A stretch of DNA of 63,162 nucleotides, counting the filler. It is 7 parts of 7 records of this genome, joined end to end, with 100 filler letters (N's around TTAATTAATTAA, not from the genome) between each part and the next. Parts side by side here need not be neighbours in the genome. Positions count along the whole stretch, not along the records: positions 29,040 to 43,389 come from DRR723986_17449; 6 more parts are not named here. One strand, given 5' to 3'. The translations under genes and the position numbers were made by a program. Below are positions 31,226 to 40,070 of the stretch, in pieces; the stretch's first letter is position 1; every line of letters begins with the position of its first letter. The notes beneath the pieces are model-generated. The model saw nothing but the letters and a program-made list of their open reading frames with translations. It ran no database searches and was not told where the DNA came from.

Positions 31226-31444
31226 ATGGCTGATCAAGAAGTAGTTTTTGAAAGCACGGTGACTTGTCCCGTGTGCGGTCATGTCGAGACGGAGACCATG
31301 CCCACCGATTCCTGCCAGTGGTTCTATGAGTGCAAGGAATGTCACCAAGTGCTAAAGCCCAAAGAAGGCGACTGCTGCGTTTTCTGTTCCTACGCGACGG
31401 TTCCCTGCCCGCCAATTCAACTGGGCAAAACCTGTTGTAGCTGA
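31226..31444 (+). CDS. GDCCVxC domain-containing small Cys-rich protein
   Basis: STVTCPVCGH...MPTDSCQWFYEC..C...KPKEGDCCVFCSYATVPCPPIQ. Confidence 0.9.
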   Translation: MADQEVVFESTVTCPVCGHVETETMPTDSCQWFYECKECHQVLKPKEGDCCVFCSYATVPCPPIQLGKTCCS

Positions 31445-31611
31445 AGTCGTCGCCCCTCCTCTCCGCAAGGCTTCTCCGCCCTGCGATATGTGGGGTCTCC
31501 GGGCGGTCAGCCTTGCTCTGCCCTGCCCAGATCACACGCTTGTTGTGACCGTTCTGCTTGGCAGAAAACGTGACCATTCTCGCTAGTGACAACATCGCTT
31601 GTAGGTGGGTG

Positions 31612-31760
31612 TGCGCTATCCTTAAGTGCGACTTCTGTTTGAAACCAATAAGTTATCAGTCAAGATGATTGTGTAATGATTTCAAAATACAGCCATCTCA
31701 CACCTCAGGAGCGCCGCAAGATAGAACGCTGGCGCCAAGTGAAAGTGTCACCCACCATTT
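31612..31760 (+). pseudogene. IS30-family remnant (left end and transposase N-terminus)
   Basis: From ATG 31676: MISKYSHLTPQERRKIERWRQVKVSP, then similarity is lost. Upstream TTAAGTGCGAC resembles IS30-family ends. Confidence 0.55.
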
Positions 31761-31938
31761 TCGCGTGTCCTTCGCTCAGGATGACCAATCTATTTGGCGT
31801 CTCTTGCTTCTTTCCTCCACAGTCTGATCCGCGACAGCAACTGCTCCGTGATTGATCACTGAGCAGCCGCTGATTGGTTTAGGGTGTTGGAGCGTCCTAT
31901 TTCTTAGTTGGAACCGGGCAGTTTATTGCGTCAGACGA

Positions 31939-32130
31939 TCATGAACAGCCCAAGGTGACGGATGTTCCTTCGGACCCATCGTCCATGCATTCCCCGGCCG
32001 GCCCGTCAGGGCCTTGATCGCCGAAACCAACATCGACACCGGGTTCGTTCTGCGCACCCGAGCTGGACTGACACGCGCCCAGAGCGAGCAACACCAGCAG
32101 CAGTCCTGCATAGGTTCTAATCGTGTTCAT
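31939..32130 (-). CDS. Small lipoprotein, unknown function
   Basis: Lipobox LGAC after a hydrophobic stretch. Acidic Gly-rich mature part with two more Cys. Confidence 0.6.
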   Translation of the reverse strand: MNTIRTYAGLLLVLLALGACQSSSGAQNEPGVDVGFGDQGPDGPAGECMDDGSEGTSVTLGCS

Positions 32131-32165
32131 ATTCGTTTCCGTTGTTTAAACTCAATGGCTTAAAT

Positions 32166-32744
32166 CTACTTGTACCCGAGATTGATCAACTGGACCCTTC
32201 GGTTGACTGCCGCGTCCGGGTCAGCGGGATCACGAAGCTGCTCTTCGCCGAGGCCGACGGCAAACAAGTATTCTCCGGGAACTTGAAAGGTGGTTACAAG
32301 GGCTTCACGAACTGCTTCCGCTCGCTTGATCGAGAGTTCGAGATTGTAGTCTCGGGCACCCTTGGCGTCGGTGTGACCGACAATGAAGAAGGTCTGCCCC
32401 TGCAGATAAGGCGTGTGGAGCGCGTCCGCGATCAGCCCCACGGTCTCATAAGAACTCGGCGCGATGGTTGCGGAGTCAAAATGAAACGTGATTTCGAGAT
32501 TGAACTGGCGCAGCGACGCCAGCTTTTCAGCCAGAGGCAACTGCTGCGGCGAATTCGCGCCGGGATATTTCTCGATGTTCTCGATCGCGGCCTTTTGCAG
32601 CTCGTCGGCGCTGATGTTTACCTCATGTTGTGCTCCCTGAAGGGAGTTGATGATTTCGTTCCTGCTCAATTTGGTCTGGGCCCCGGCACCAGAAGCCGAG
32701 GTCATGACTGCGGCCGCAATACCGGCCAGAAGAAGCTTGTTCAT
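32166..32744 (-). CDS. OmpA-like peptidoglycan-binding domain protein
   Basis: Signal peptide, ITFHFDSA, VGHTDAKG...YNLELSIKRAEAV, NRRVQL. AAGGAG RBS before ATG 32744. Confidence 0.88.
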   Translation of the reverse strand: MNKLLLAGIAAAVMTSASGAGAQTKLSRNEIINSLQGAQHEVNISADELQKAAIENIEKYPGANSPQQLPLAEKLASLRQFNLEITFHFDSATIAPSSYETVGLIADALHTPYLQGQTFFIVGHTDAKGARDYNLELSIKRAEAVREALVTTFQVPGEYLFAVGLGEEQLRDPADPDAAVNRRVQLINLGYK

Positions 32745-32766
32745 TGAAGATCTCCTTGGACCGGGT

Positions 32767-33186
32767 TTAGCGATAGCCTGCCAGATCAATGGCTTCGTTG
32801 CATTTCGAACTCACAGAAGGCTGAGCCTTGAGCAGACAGCGAAGCATGTGGCCTGCACCCGGCTTGACGCCCTTGCAGTATTGGGCCATGTCACGATTGC
32901 AGATTTTTGCAACTTCCGCCTGGGCCGCCAGCCTGGCCTGGATCAGCCCGATGACGACGAGGCGATCCGCATTGCATTTCTGCGATACCTTGGACTGGTT
33001 CTTTTCCAGGCAGTTGGTGATGCCATTGTCGGCGAGCGACGCTGACTGGCAATGAGCCTGAATATCCTTGCCGCAACTTGCCGCCAGGACCTTGATGGCG
33101 TCAGCAAACCCTACGGTCTGAGAAGCCGCTGCGGATGCCGAAATCAGCAAGACACCTGTCGTGATGGTTAATCTTTTGAATTTCAT
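32767..33186 (-). CDS. Exported cysteine-rich repeat protein
   Basis: Two repeats: CGKDIQAHC...ITNCL...VSQKC and CNRDMAQYC...LRCL...VSSKC. Confidence 0.75.
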   Translation of the reverse strand: MKFKRLTITTGVLLISASAAASQTVGFADAIKVLAASCGKDIQAHCQSASLADNGITNCLEKNQSKVSQKCNADRLVVIGLIQARLAAQAEVAKICNRDMAQYCKGVKPGAGHMLRCLLKAQPSVSSKCNEAIDLAGYR

Positions 33187-33241
33187 GATAATTACCCCCA
33201 ACTTATTGAAACCTCAAATCCAACCCTTGTAAATGAAGCGG

Positions 33242-33511
33242 TCAGTCGACGTTGCCGATGTATTTAGCCTGATTAATTAACTCCTGGCATTTTGCTTCAT
33301 CACCTTTTTCTCTTTCGGCGTTCGCATTATCGAGAAGCTCTCGCATCTGTTCGGCAGTCGTTTCCGCGATTCCCTGTTGCTGAGCGTTGACAATCGCATT
33401 TTCTACTTTGTCAATATCGGTTGAACAATCAGCCAGAGCGATAAACGGCGATGTAATCGCAACAACTACGAAAACTATTGCCCCGATGCCAGATTGTATA
33501 AGATTGGACAT
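33242..33511 (-). CDS. Small exported helical protein with two Cys
   Basis: GGAG RBS before ATG 33511, signal peptide ending ALA|DC, GDEAKC near the C-terminus. Confidence 0.6.
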   Translation of the reverse strand: MSNLIQSGIGAIVFVVVAITSPFIALADCSTDIDKVENAIVNAQQQGIAETTAEQMRELLDNANAEREKGDEAKCQELINQAKYIGNVD

Positions 33512-33677
33512 TTTCTGGTCTCCCACGCGATTGATTTTCCCAGGTGAAGGTGAAACGGCCACGGCGGCAAATCTAAGAAGTGAACTCATTGAACTTTCCA
33601 TTGGGAAGTTTTTGATTTGGTTATTTGCTGACAAGACAAACTTTGCCACCAGTCGAACCCAACGCCTCTGCCGGCCG

Positions 33678-34211
33678 CTATCGCCACATGATCCGTCTTG
33701 CGGTTCTGCGCCCTGTCCTGCGTGCAACGCCTGCGTAAGACAGGGGCGTAAGTGGTGCTCCGATCAGGTCAATGAAGAGTGATGCCCAGGAGCCTGAAAC
33801 TTCCGCCGGCCCGTCCAGCACCTCCACCTCGTAAACGAGGTTGCTGCCCGCCAGCGTCGGGTTCTTGAGCACCAGCGTTACCTCGACCGCGTCTCCGCCA
33901 TTGTCCGCGGTCAAAACCGCATTGGGCGGGTCCTGCTTGAAGCTGTCGTCGCCGGTTGCCCAATGGTCGACAAATTCCTTCGTTGTCACGCGGCCGACGA
34001 TGCGTTCCGGCCGGTCTGAGAAATACAATGTATTCGCACTTGCACCCATAAGGATCAGCTTTCCGCCGGACAATTTGGCACCGCCGCTGTTCTGTACAAA
34101 AAGCAGTTCGGCTTCTTCCTCCGCGGCGATTGCCGGCGACATCGCCGAACTCGCAGCGACGAGCCCAGTCGCTAGGATGGCTTCGCGTCTGTTTAGCTTA
34201 CCGATACCCAT
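33678..34211 (-). CDS. Exported hypothetical protein with Tat-like signal and basic C-terminal motif
   Basis: LNRREAIL signal, LLFVQ, TLYFSDRPERIVG, SFKQDPPNAVL, SLFID, tail GAPLTPLSYAGVARRTGRRTARR. Confidence 0.7.
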   Translation of the reverse strand: MGIGKLNRREAILATGLVAASSAMSPAIAAEEEAELLFVQNSGGAKLSGGKLILMGASANTLYFSDRPERIVGRVTTKEFVDHWATGDDSFKQDPPNAVLTADNGGDAVEVTLVLKNPTLAGSNLVYEVEVLDGPAEVSGSWASLFIDLIGAPLTPLSYAGVARRTGRRTARRIMWR

Positions 34212-34296
34212 GCTTCACTCCTCCTCATATGACGCAGAGCTTCGAAAGCTGCCAGCTTCCCAACCCGGCGCAGGTGAAAGTTTTGTATCCCATCAA

Positions 34297-35115
34297 TCAA
34301 AAATGGATGCCGAGGCTCATGAACGGGCCGTGCAGCGTTCCTTCGTAGTCGAATGTGTTCGATCCGTTGCCGGACTCGTAATTGGTGTAGATGGCCCGAT
34401 AGCCGAGCGCGGTAGAAACCCGGTCGTTCCAATTGTAGCTGGCGGCAAGAAATCCCTGTGCGGTGAGTTGAGATCCAACCCCGAAACCGCCGATATCGGT
34501 CAGTCCATTGATTTGCCAGCGATCGTTGATGTCGTATTGCAGCGCGAGACCGAATATCGGATCGATCCAGTCTTCCGTGTGTTCGCGGTTGACACTGATC
34601 GGGAAGGTCCCTGACTGCAATGTCGTCTGTGAAGACAGCTGCTGATAGCGCACGCCGGCCGTGACACTCAAATCAAGTGCGTCGATATTCAGCGGCAGTT
34701 CGTAGCCGCCAATGGCGGACAGGATCAGGAGCTGCTGATCGTACTTCAGCGTCGGCGAATTGGCGACATTCAAACTCACCTTGTCGGAGAGGTTCGCCCA
34801 GACGATGTCGCCCAGAAACATCCATTCGCCTTTGCGAACGAGAATGTCACCCATGACTGCCCCATCAAGGTTTTGCAGGATGTCGGAAAAAGTAACATCG
34901 AGATTGGCGTCTGGCAGATTGCTAATACCCAGCGATCCTTCAAGCGCGGTCGCCCAGAGATAAAGCGTTGTCTGGACTTCCCAATTGCTACCCTCGGTGA
35001 CTTGAGAAGGCTTTACCGTTTCTGTGGTATCGGCAATGTCGGCGGCTTGAACTTCCAGTGGGCTGGTGTAGACCGCTACTGCGAGTGTAAACGCCCTGAT
35101 CCGATCAATCCGCAT
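34297..35115 (-). CDS. Outer-membrane beta-barrel protein, unknown function
   Basis: Signal peptide, LYLWAT, WIDPIFG, DIGGFGVGS, LGYRAIY, C-terminal LGIHF. Confidence 0.75.
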   Translation of the reverse strand: MRIDRIRAFTLAVAVYTSPLEVQAADIADTTETVKPSQVTEGSNWEVQTTLYLWATALEGSLGISNLPDANLDVTFSDILQNLDGAVMGDILVRKGEWMFLGDIVWANLSDKVSLNVANSPTLKYDQQLLILSAIGGYELPLNIDALDLSVTAGVRYQQLSSQTTLQSGTFPISVNREHTEDWIDPIFGLALQYDINDRWQINGLTDIGGFGVGSQLTAQGFLAASYNWNDRVSTALGYRAIYTNYESGNGSNTFDYEGTLHGPFMSLGIHF

Positions 35116-35213
35116 TCGCGATTTTCCTTACGTTTTGATTTAAATCGATTGAGTCTTGAGCCATTTGCGGACTTTGGCAGGAGTGCACACTGCGCCAGCC
35201 CCAAAACAACCGG

Positions 35214-36005
35214 CTATTTGGGGAAGAGGAACGTCACCGCTGCACGAGCCCCGAGTCCCTCGGGGCCATTGCTCGAACTTGCTGCGTAGTAGCGAACCCC
35301 CGCCTGAAAGCTGACCGGCTGCTTGTCGATCGTGACGAGTTTTGAAACCATTGCGTTGATGGGGATCGACCATTCATCGGAAACCCAATCGTAGGTGGAC
35401 TCTGAGTTCAAGGTGAATGTCCAGGCGTCCTTGGTGGTGTAAGACACAAAGGGCTGGATGAAGGTTGAATTCACGTCGTTCCGGTTTTCATCACCTGCAA
35501 ACGACCAGACGTGATTGGCGAGAGCACCAACTGTCCATGGGCCACTTTGGTGAAGCATGACGCCCGTAGGACCTGCGCCCCATTTCTTCGAGCTCAGCAA
35601 GTCGTCGGTGCCAGTCGGTAGCAACAAAACCGGCCCCACGCCCCAAATAAGGCCGCCGGGGCCGGGAGCCTGAGGAGAAACGAACAGGCTTTGTGTGGTA
35701 TCGCCCAATCCGAACTGGGTACCCGAGTTACCCGCAATATCATGCTGCCAGGCCACCGGGACGATCGTTCGGGAAATAAGGTTCCAATGCTCGTTCAGCG
35801 TAATCGGGATGACCGGCTGGATGTTCAACGTCATCTTGTTGCCATCCGATGGACCGATCTCCTGGTCGTAATTCCATTGCAACGGCACACTGATCAGTGC
35901 CGCAACGGGGTTGGAAAGCTTCTTGGCCAGATCGACATCTTCAGCGGAGCCCGAAGCTGATGAGCCAGCAAGAATTGCGGTCGCAATCAAAACGCGTGTC
36001 AACAT
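35214..36005 (-). CDS. Putative outer-membrane transporter (beta-barrel)
   Basis: LAKKLSNPVAALISVP, IQPVIP, GLGD, WGVGP, KWGAGP, QPFVSY, C-terminal TFLFPK. Confidence 0.75.
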   Translation of the reverse strand: MLTRVLIATAILAGSSASGSAEDVDLAKKLSNPVAALISVPLQWNYDQEIGPSDGNKMTLNIQPVIPITLNEHWNLISRTIVPVAWQHDIAGNSGTQFGLGDTTQSLFVSPQAPGPGGLIWGVGPVLLLPTGTDDLLSSKKWGAGPTGVMLHQSGPWTVGALANHVWSFAGDENRNDVNSTFIQPFVSYTTKDAWTFTLNSESTYDWVSDEWSIPINAMVSKLVTIDKQPVSFQAGVRYYAASSSNGPEGLGARAAVTFLFPK

Positions 36006-36054
36006 GTCTTCACCAGATCTATTGCTTCAGTGGTCGAAACGAGAAAACGTTGTC

Positions 36055-36183
36055 TTACTCTGTGAGTTGGATCTCGCCTGGCTTCTAGGACTTGTCGAAC
36101 CAAGATTCCAAAGGTCCGTAAAGGCGCAGGACGACATTCCAGCCTTTCCCGGGAACCGTCTGAACCCAATTGTTCTCATGGCC
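36055..36183 (-). pseudogene. C-terminal remnant of a third DUF1254/DUF1214 gene
   Basis: Manual translation GHENNWVQTVPGKGWNVVLRLYGPLESWFDKS*KPGEIQLTE* aligns to the end of 37912-39525 (NWIQTDPKKGWFNILRLYSPLPSFFDKSWQPGEVELVQ). TAG at 36085-36087 replaces Trp. Confidence 0.85.
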
Positions 36184-36243
36184 TGTTCATCAGTGTGCTC
36201 GTGGCGCTTTATTCAGCGCCACGTTTCGACATATTCACAGCCG

Positions 36244-37677
36244 CTATTGCGCCACTTCGAGCGCCGGCGGCTGCCAGGAGCCCTTGCCGACCGGCAGAAT
36301 GGACGGCGTTTCGGTCTTCGGCCAGTACATCCGCAACGCCAGATAGATCGGCCCATCCGGAGCCGGCAGCCAGTTCGACTCCCTTTCTTTTCCGGGAGAA
36401 TCCTTCTGAATGCGGAGTGTCAACGAACCGTCGGCATTCTTCTTCAGATCAGGCAACATCGAGGAGTTGATGAGGTAGCGGTTGATCGGATTCTCGATCA
36501 GGAGCTGCGTCTTTCCATCGTACATTGTCAACGACCAGAATGCGTTGACGGGCGGCAAGGATCCGGCGGCAAATGTCAGCGTGTAGTCCTGCTTGCTGCC
36601 GTCGAGCTCGTCGCCATTGGCGGTGTTCCTGCCGAGGATATAGACCGCTTCAGCCGCATCGTTCCCGTATATGCCCGCGGAGGCGCCGGCTGCACGCTTG
36701 ACCCAATCACCGTCGATAAAGGGGGCATCTCCCCAAAGATCGCTGACTGACCATCCGTTCGCCTTGAAAAGCTTCTGCCCGAGGTATTCCTTCACCTTGG
36801 CTTCGCCATCGCGCATACCAAGCGCGATTTCGATCCTGTGCCCCAGCGGCAATTCCTTGAACTGGAACGATTTGCCCGGTCCGACACCGATCCTGGCGAG
36901 CTTTGCGCGGATTTCTGCCTCGGCGGGAGTGGCAGGGGCGAATTGCAGGGCAAAGTCCAGATACTCGAAGAAGTTGGTCTTGACGAGATCCTTGTCCACC
37001 TTTGGAAAGTCAACGACCGGAGCCTCGGCAGGAGCCTGCTTGCCCAGGTATGTCGACAGCGTGCTTACCTTGTAGCCCGCCTGAACCTTTTCGACATTTG
37101 GCATGTCATCGGGGCCTAAAAGCTGGGTGCGATAGACCGCGAGAGAGAATTGCGTCGACGACTGAAAGACCTTCTTGATGCCGTCAGGCGTCTCACCCTT
37201 CCAGTCCGGGCCGACAACCATGTAGTCGCCGGCGTCATTGCCCGTCGCGCGGCTGCCGATGTAGCCGTAGTTGTAGGTGTTGCCGTCGATCAGTTGGACT
37301 GAGTAGTAGCGATTGCTCTCTACCGCAGGTACCGACAGGACAACCGGCTCGGCGCGCAGATCTAGCGACGCGACCGAGTACGGCGTGTCGCTGTTCGGGC
37401 TTATGATCGTCGTATCCTTGTAGGTGTAGACACGAGCTTCATTCTTAATCTGATTGAAGGGTGCTTTAAACTGCCCGGATTCCCGATCGATCGCATAATC
37501 GTACATGATCGCATAATTCATGACGATCGGCAGGCCGTAGACATAACCCTCTTCGGCGATTGATTTGGTCTCCAGTACCCCTGGCCAATCCTCAGCCATT
37601 GCGGGTGCGGTCACCGCTACCAATGTCGCGAGGGCCAGTGAGCCGCTCGCCTGCTTCAACAAATAATCAAACCGCAT
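36244..37677 (-). CDS. DUF1254/DUF1214 exported protein
   Basis: YVYGLP, PNSDTPYS, LDLRAEP, RYYSVQLID, PPVNAFWSLTMYD, NWLPAP...LRMYWP. GGAG RBS before ATG 37677. Confidence 0.9.
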   Translation of the reverse strand: MRFDYLLKQASGSLALATLVAVTAPAMAEDWPGVLETKSIAEEGYVYGLPIVMNYAIMYDYAIDRESGQFKAPFNQIKNEARVYTYKDTTIISPNSDTPYSVASLDLRAEPVVLSVPAVESNRYYSVQLIDGNTYNYGYIGSRATGNDAGDYMVVGPDWKGETPDGIKKVFQSSTQFSLAVYRTQLLGPDDMPNVEKVQAGYKVSTLSTYLGKQAPAEAPVVDFPKVDKDLVKTNFFEYLDFALQFAPATPAEAEIRAKLARIGVGPGKSFQFKELPLGHRIEIALGMRDGEAKVKEYLGQKLFKANGWSVSDLWGDAPFIDGDWVKRAAGASAGIYGNDAAEAVYILGRNTANGDELDGSKQDYTLTFAAGSLPPVNAFWSLTMYDGKTQLLIENPINRYLINSSMLPDLKKNADGSLTLRIQKDSPGKERESNWLPAPDGPIYLALRMYWPKTETPSILPVGKGSWQPPALEVAQ

Positions 37678-37911
37678 AAGAATTCTCCACAGTTGTCGCT
37701 CCAATGGCCAGCCCCCAGTGCCCGTCAACTTTGGTTGGGTACGCGTGAGCAATGGCACCAGCTTGCCGATGGGTACGAGCCGGCTAACTGCAAGGTGTTG
37801 AAGTCATGTCAGAATTTCCATTCGAAATTTTATTGATCAGCGGCGCGGTCGGAATTTGGCGCGCCGCCGATCTGGGCCGATATTATTCTGTATTACTGGC
37901 AGCGATATCCG

Positions 37912-39525
37912 TCACTGCACCAATTCGACTTCGCCGGGCTGCCAGGACTTGTCGAAGAACGAAGGCAGGGGGCTGTAGAGGCGCAGGATATTGAACCATC
38001 CTTTCTTCGGATCGGTCTGGATCCAATTGCCACGGGTCACGCCTTCAGGCTGATCCGGGGCGAACCAGACCGTCGTCGTGCCGTCTTGGGCTGCTTCAGC
38101 CGCTGGCGAGGGATAGCTTTGGCTGCCGGCGCGCGGATACTTTTGAGGCGTTGCGAGCATCGAGCGCGTTTGATTGTCGTAGAGCGTGAACGACCAGAAG
38201 GCTCCTGCCGGGATATCCTTAGGCAATGTCACCTTATAAGTCTTCGAACCATCGAACGGATCACCCTTGGCGTCGCTGAAGGCTAGAAGATACTGCGACC
38301 CTACACCCGGGATCTGCATGATCATCCCCGGGGAATCGAGTGTATAGGCGTAGTAAAACCAGGTCCGTGCATCGAGCGTCCGAGCGCCGGTCGGCGGCAG
38401 CGGCTTGAACATGCCGTCCTCGAAGGCGGGCGGCGGGGTTTCGAAGAACGCGCCACCCTGCCAAAGTGGCAGGTACCACTGCGAGCCCGGATAGCGGACC
38501 CAGTCCGGGTTTTCCTCAAGACCTCGCCATTGCAACGCGCGACCGACCCCCTGGCCCACGGTGGCGGCATCGGTGAGGATCTTCTTCATCCGCTCATCCG
38601 GGGCAAATTCCTTGCCGTGGGCAATGCCAATAGCGGCAAGCTGACCGGAGAGTTCGATGTCATAGCTCGTCGCCGGCTCGTTCTGAACGTTCTCGTTGAT
38701 CATCTCGAAGAAGCCGTAGTCGCTGGGAGGGATCGTATTGAACGACTTCCCGCTGCCGTTGATGAACTTCATATCGGGTTTGGTCGGCTCGCCGGCCAGC
38801 TTGACCCCACCCTTCAACGCCTCTGCGATTGAAGTCCCGTAGCTGCCTGGAGCGTAGGGGTAGATTTTCAGGTTCTGCTTAATGTTGGCGACGGCAGGCT
38901 TGGCGTCATCTCCGTCGGCGAGGAAGGCCCGCATGGCGTAAAGGATCGTTGTTGTTTTAGAGTGGGCGACGAAAAATCCACCTTCCGGCAGCGGGCCGTC
39001 GTAGTCGGGTCCGACGATCAGGTACTTGCCGCCCAGTCCGCGGTCGGGACCCGGCTTGCCTACGTCGATCACCCAGGAAAACCACATGTCGTTGATTGTG
39101 CCGAGGCCGTCGGTCGGCTGTTCGATCACCACCGGTCCGTCCGACAGGTCAATGTAACTGAGATAGTAGACGGTGTCGGCATTCCCGGTCAGGAATAGCG
39201 AGCTTGCGTCTAGCAGCTCCTCGAAGATGATCACGTCGCCGCTACCGGCGCCCAATTCTTTGAAACCCTTGACCAGCCCCAGCGCCGAGGCGCCGCGGAA
39301 ACTGTTGTTATAGACGGTAAGCGCGTTGGTGAAATCGAGTGTGTCGAAGACCTTTTTGGCGGTCTCGGCGCTCGGTACGCCATCTTTGAAGTCGAGAGTG
39401 CCGATGCTGGTCTCAACGCTTGCCGGAGCGGACAGCTTTTCGAGGGTATTCTGGCTCACATCAGCCCATGTCGGGCTGAAAGAGGCGCTGAGCGCCAGGC
39501 AGCTGATGAGTGGAAAACGAAACAT
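37912..39525 (-). CDS. DUF1254/DUF1214 exported protein, second subtype
   Basis: FLTGNADTVY, GPDRGLGGKYL, GSQYL, FWSFTLYDNQTRS, NWIQT...LRLYSP. Confidence 0.9.
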   Translation of the reverse strand: MFRFPLISCLALSASFSPTWADVSQNTLEKLSAPASVETSIGTLDFKDGVPSAETAKKVFDTLDFTNALTVYNNSFRGASALGLVKGFKELGAGSGDVIIFEELLDASSLFLTGNADTVYYLSYIDLSDGPVVIEQPTDGLGTINDMWFSWVIDVGKPGPDRGLGGKYLIVGPDYDGPLPEGGFFVAHSKTTTILYAMRAFLADGDDAKPAVANIKQNLKIYPYAPGSYGTSIAEALKGGVKLAGEPTKPDMKFINGSGKSFNTIPPSDYGFFEMINENVQNEPATSYDIELSGQLAAIGIAHGKEFAPDERMKKILTDAATVGQGVGRALQWRGLEENPDWVRYPGSQWYLPLWQGGAFFETPPPAFEDGMFKPLPPTGARTLDARTWFYYAYTLDSPGMIMQIPGVGSQYLLAFSDAKGDPFDGSKTYKVTLPKDIPAGAFWSFTLYDNQTRSMLATPQKYPRAGSQSYPSPAAEAAQDGTTTVWFAPDQPEGVTRGNWIQTDPKKGWFNILRLYSPLPSFFDKSWQPGEVELVQ

Positions 39526-39628
39526 TCTCAAATTCCTTTACTAAATAAAGGGTGCGACGCCTAAGTCGGCCGACAAGAAGCGTAAGTTTTCAGGAACAGT
39601 CTGTCCGCCCATTTCGCGCCACCTGGTT

Positions 39629-40009
39629 TCAATTCTTGGATGGCCTCCCAAATTTCCTCCGAAAGATCCGGGGTGAGCAGCCCGCCCATCGGGCGAAGGC
39701 GCGTGAAAAGCCGCTGGGCGTACTGTAGCCGCTCCTTGCCGCAATCTCCTGCACGTCCAGCTCGGTCTTGCAAAGCAGGACCCGGGCAATTTCAAGCCGG
39801 CTTTCTTCAACGATCGTGCGCAAGCTTACGCCCTGGTCCGCCAACTGGCGTTGAAGCGTCCTTGAGCTGACGCCGAGTTGGGCAGCAATCTGACCGACCG
39901 AGACGGGACCCGATAGAGCAAGTATCGCCGCGACGGCTCTTACCCGAAGAGGATCAGCGAAAGATTCTTTCTCACGTGAGGGCATGCATGTTAAAACCAA
40001 TGAACGCAT
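39629..40009 (-). CDS. AraC-family HTH-only regulator
   Basis: IAAQLGVSSRTLQRQL...IAARSGYSTPSGFSRAFARWAGCSPRIFR. No room for a sensor domain. Confidence 0.75.
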   Translation of the reverse strand: MRSLVLTCMPSREKESFADPLRVRAVAAILALSGPVSVGQIAAQLGVSSRTLQRQLADQGVSLRTIVEESRLEIARVLLCKTELDVQEIAARSGYSTPSGFSRAFARWAGCSPRIFRRKFGRPSKN

Positions 40010-40070
40010 CTAGAAGGTGACACATTGCGACGGTTAACTCTGCCCATTTAACGCCAACGCGAGTAACAAG

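Larger units (their letters stand above)
29040..31594 (+). mobile_element. IS1202-type element, probably including the merR-merT-GDCCVxC passengers; left end missing
   Basis: Only 6 bp lie between the transposase stop and the merR stop. A candidate right end has GTGACCgTTCT (31545-31555), GTGACCaTTCT (31570-31580) and terminal ACA (31592-31594). Confidence 0.5.

Noticed and set aside
31442..31444. TGA after CCS read as selenocysteine, since the GDCCVxC family includes selenoproteins
   Set aside because: All conserved Cys positions use TGC/TGT, the domain is complete before the TGA, and I see no convincing SECIS.
31595..31635. Possible XerC/D (dif-like) target next to the IS1202-type end
   Set aside because: No 11-6-11 match and no TTATG XerD arm. 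The sequence is better explained as an IS30 end.
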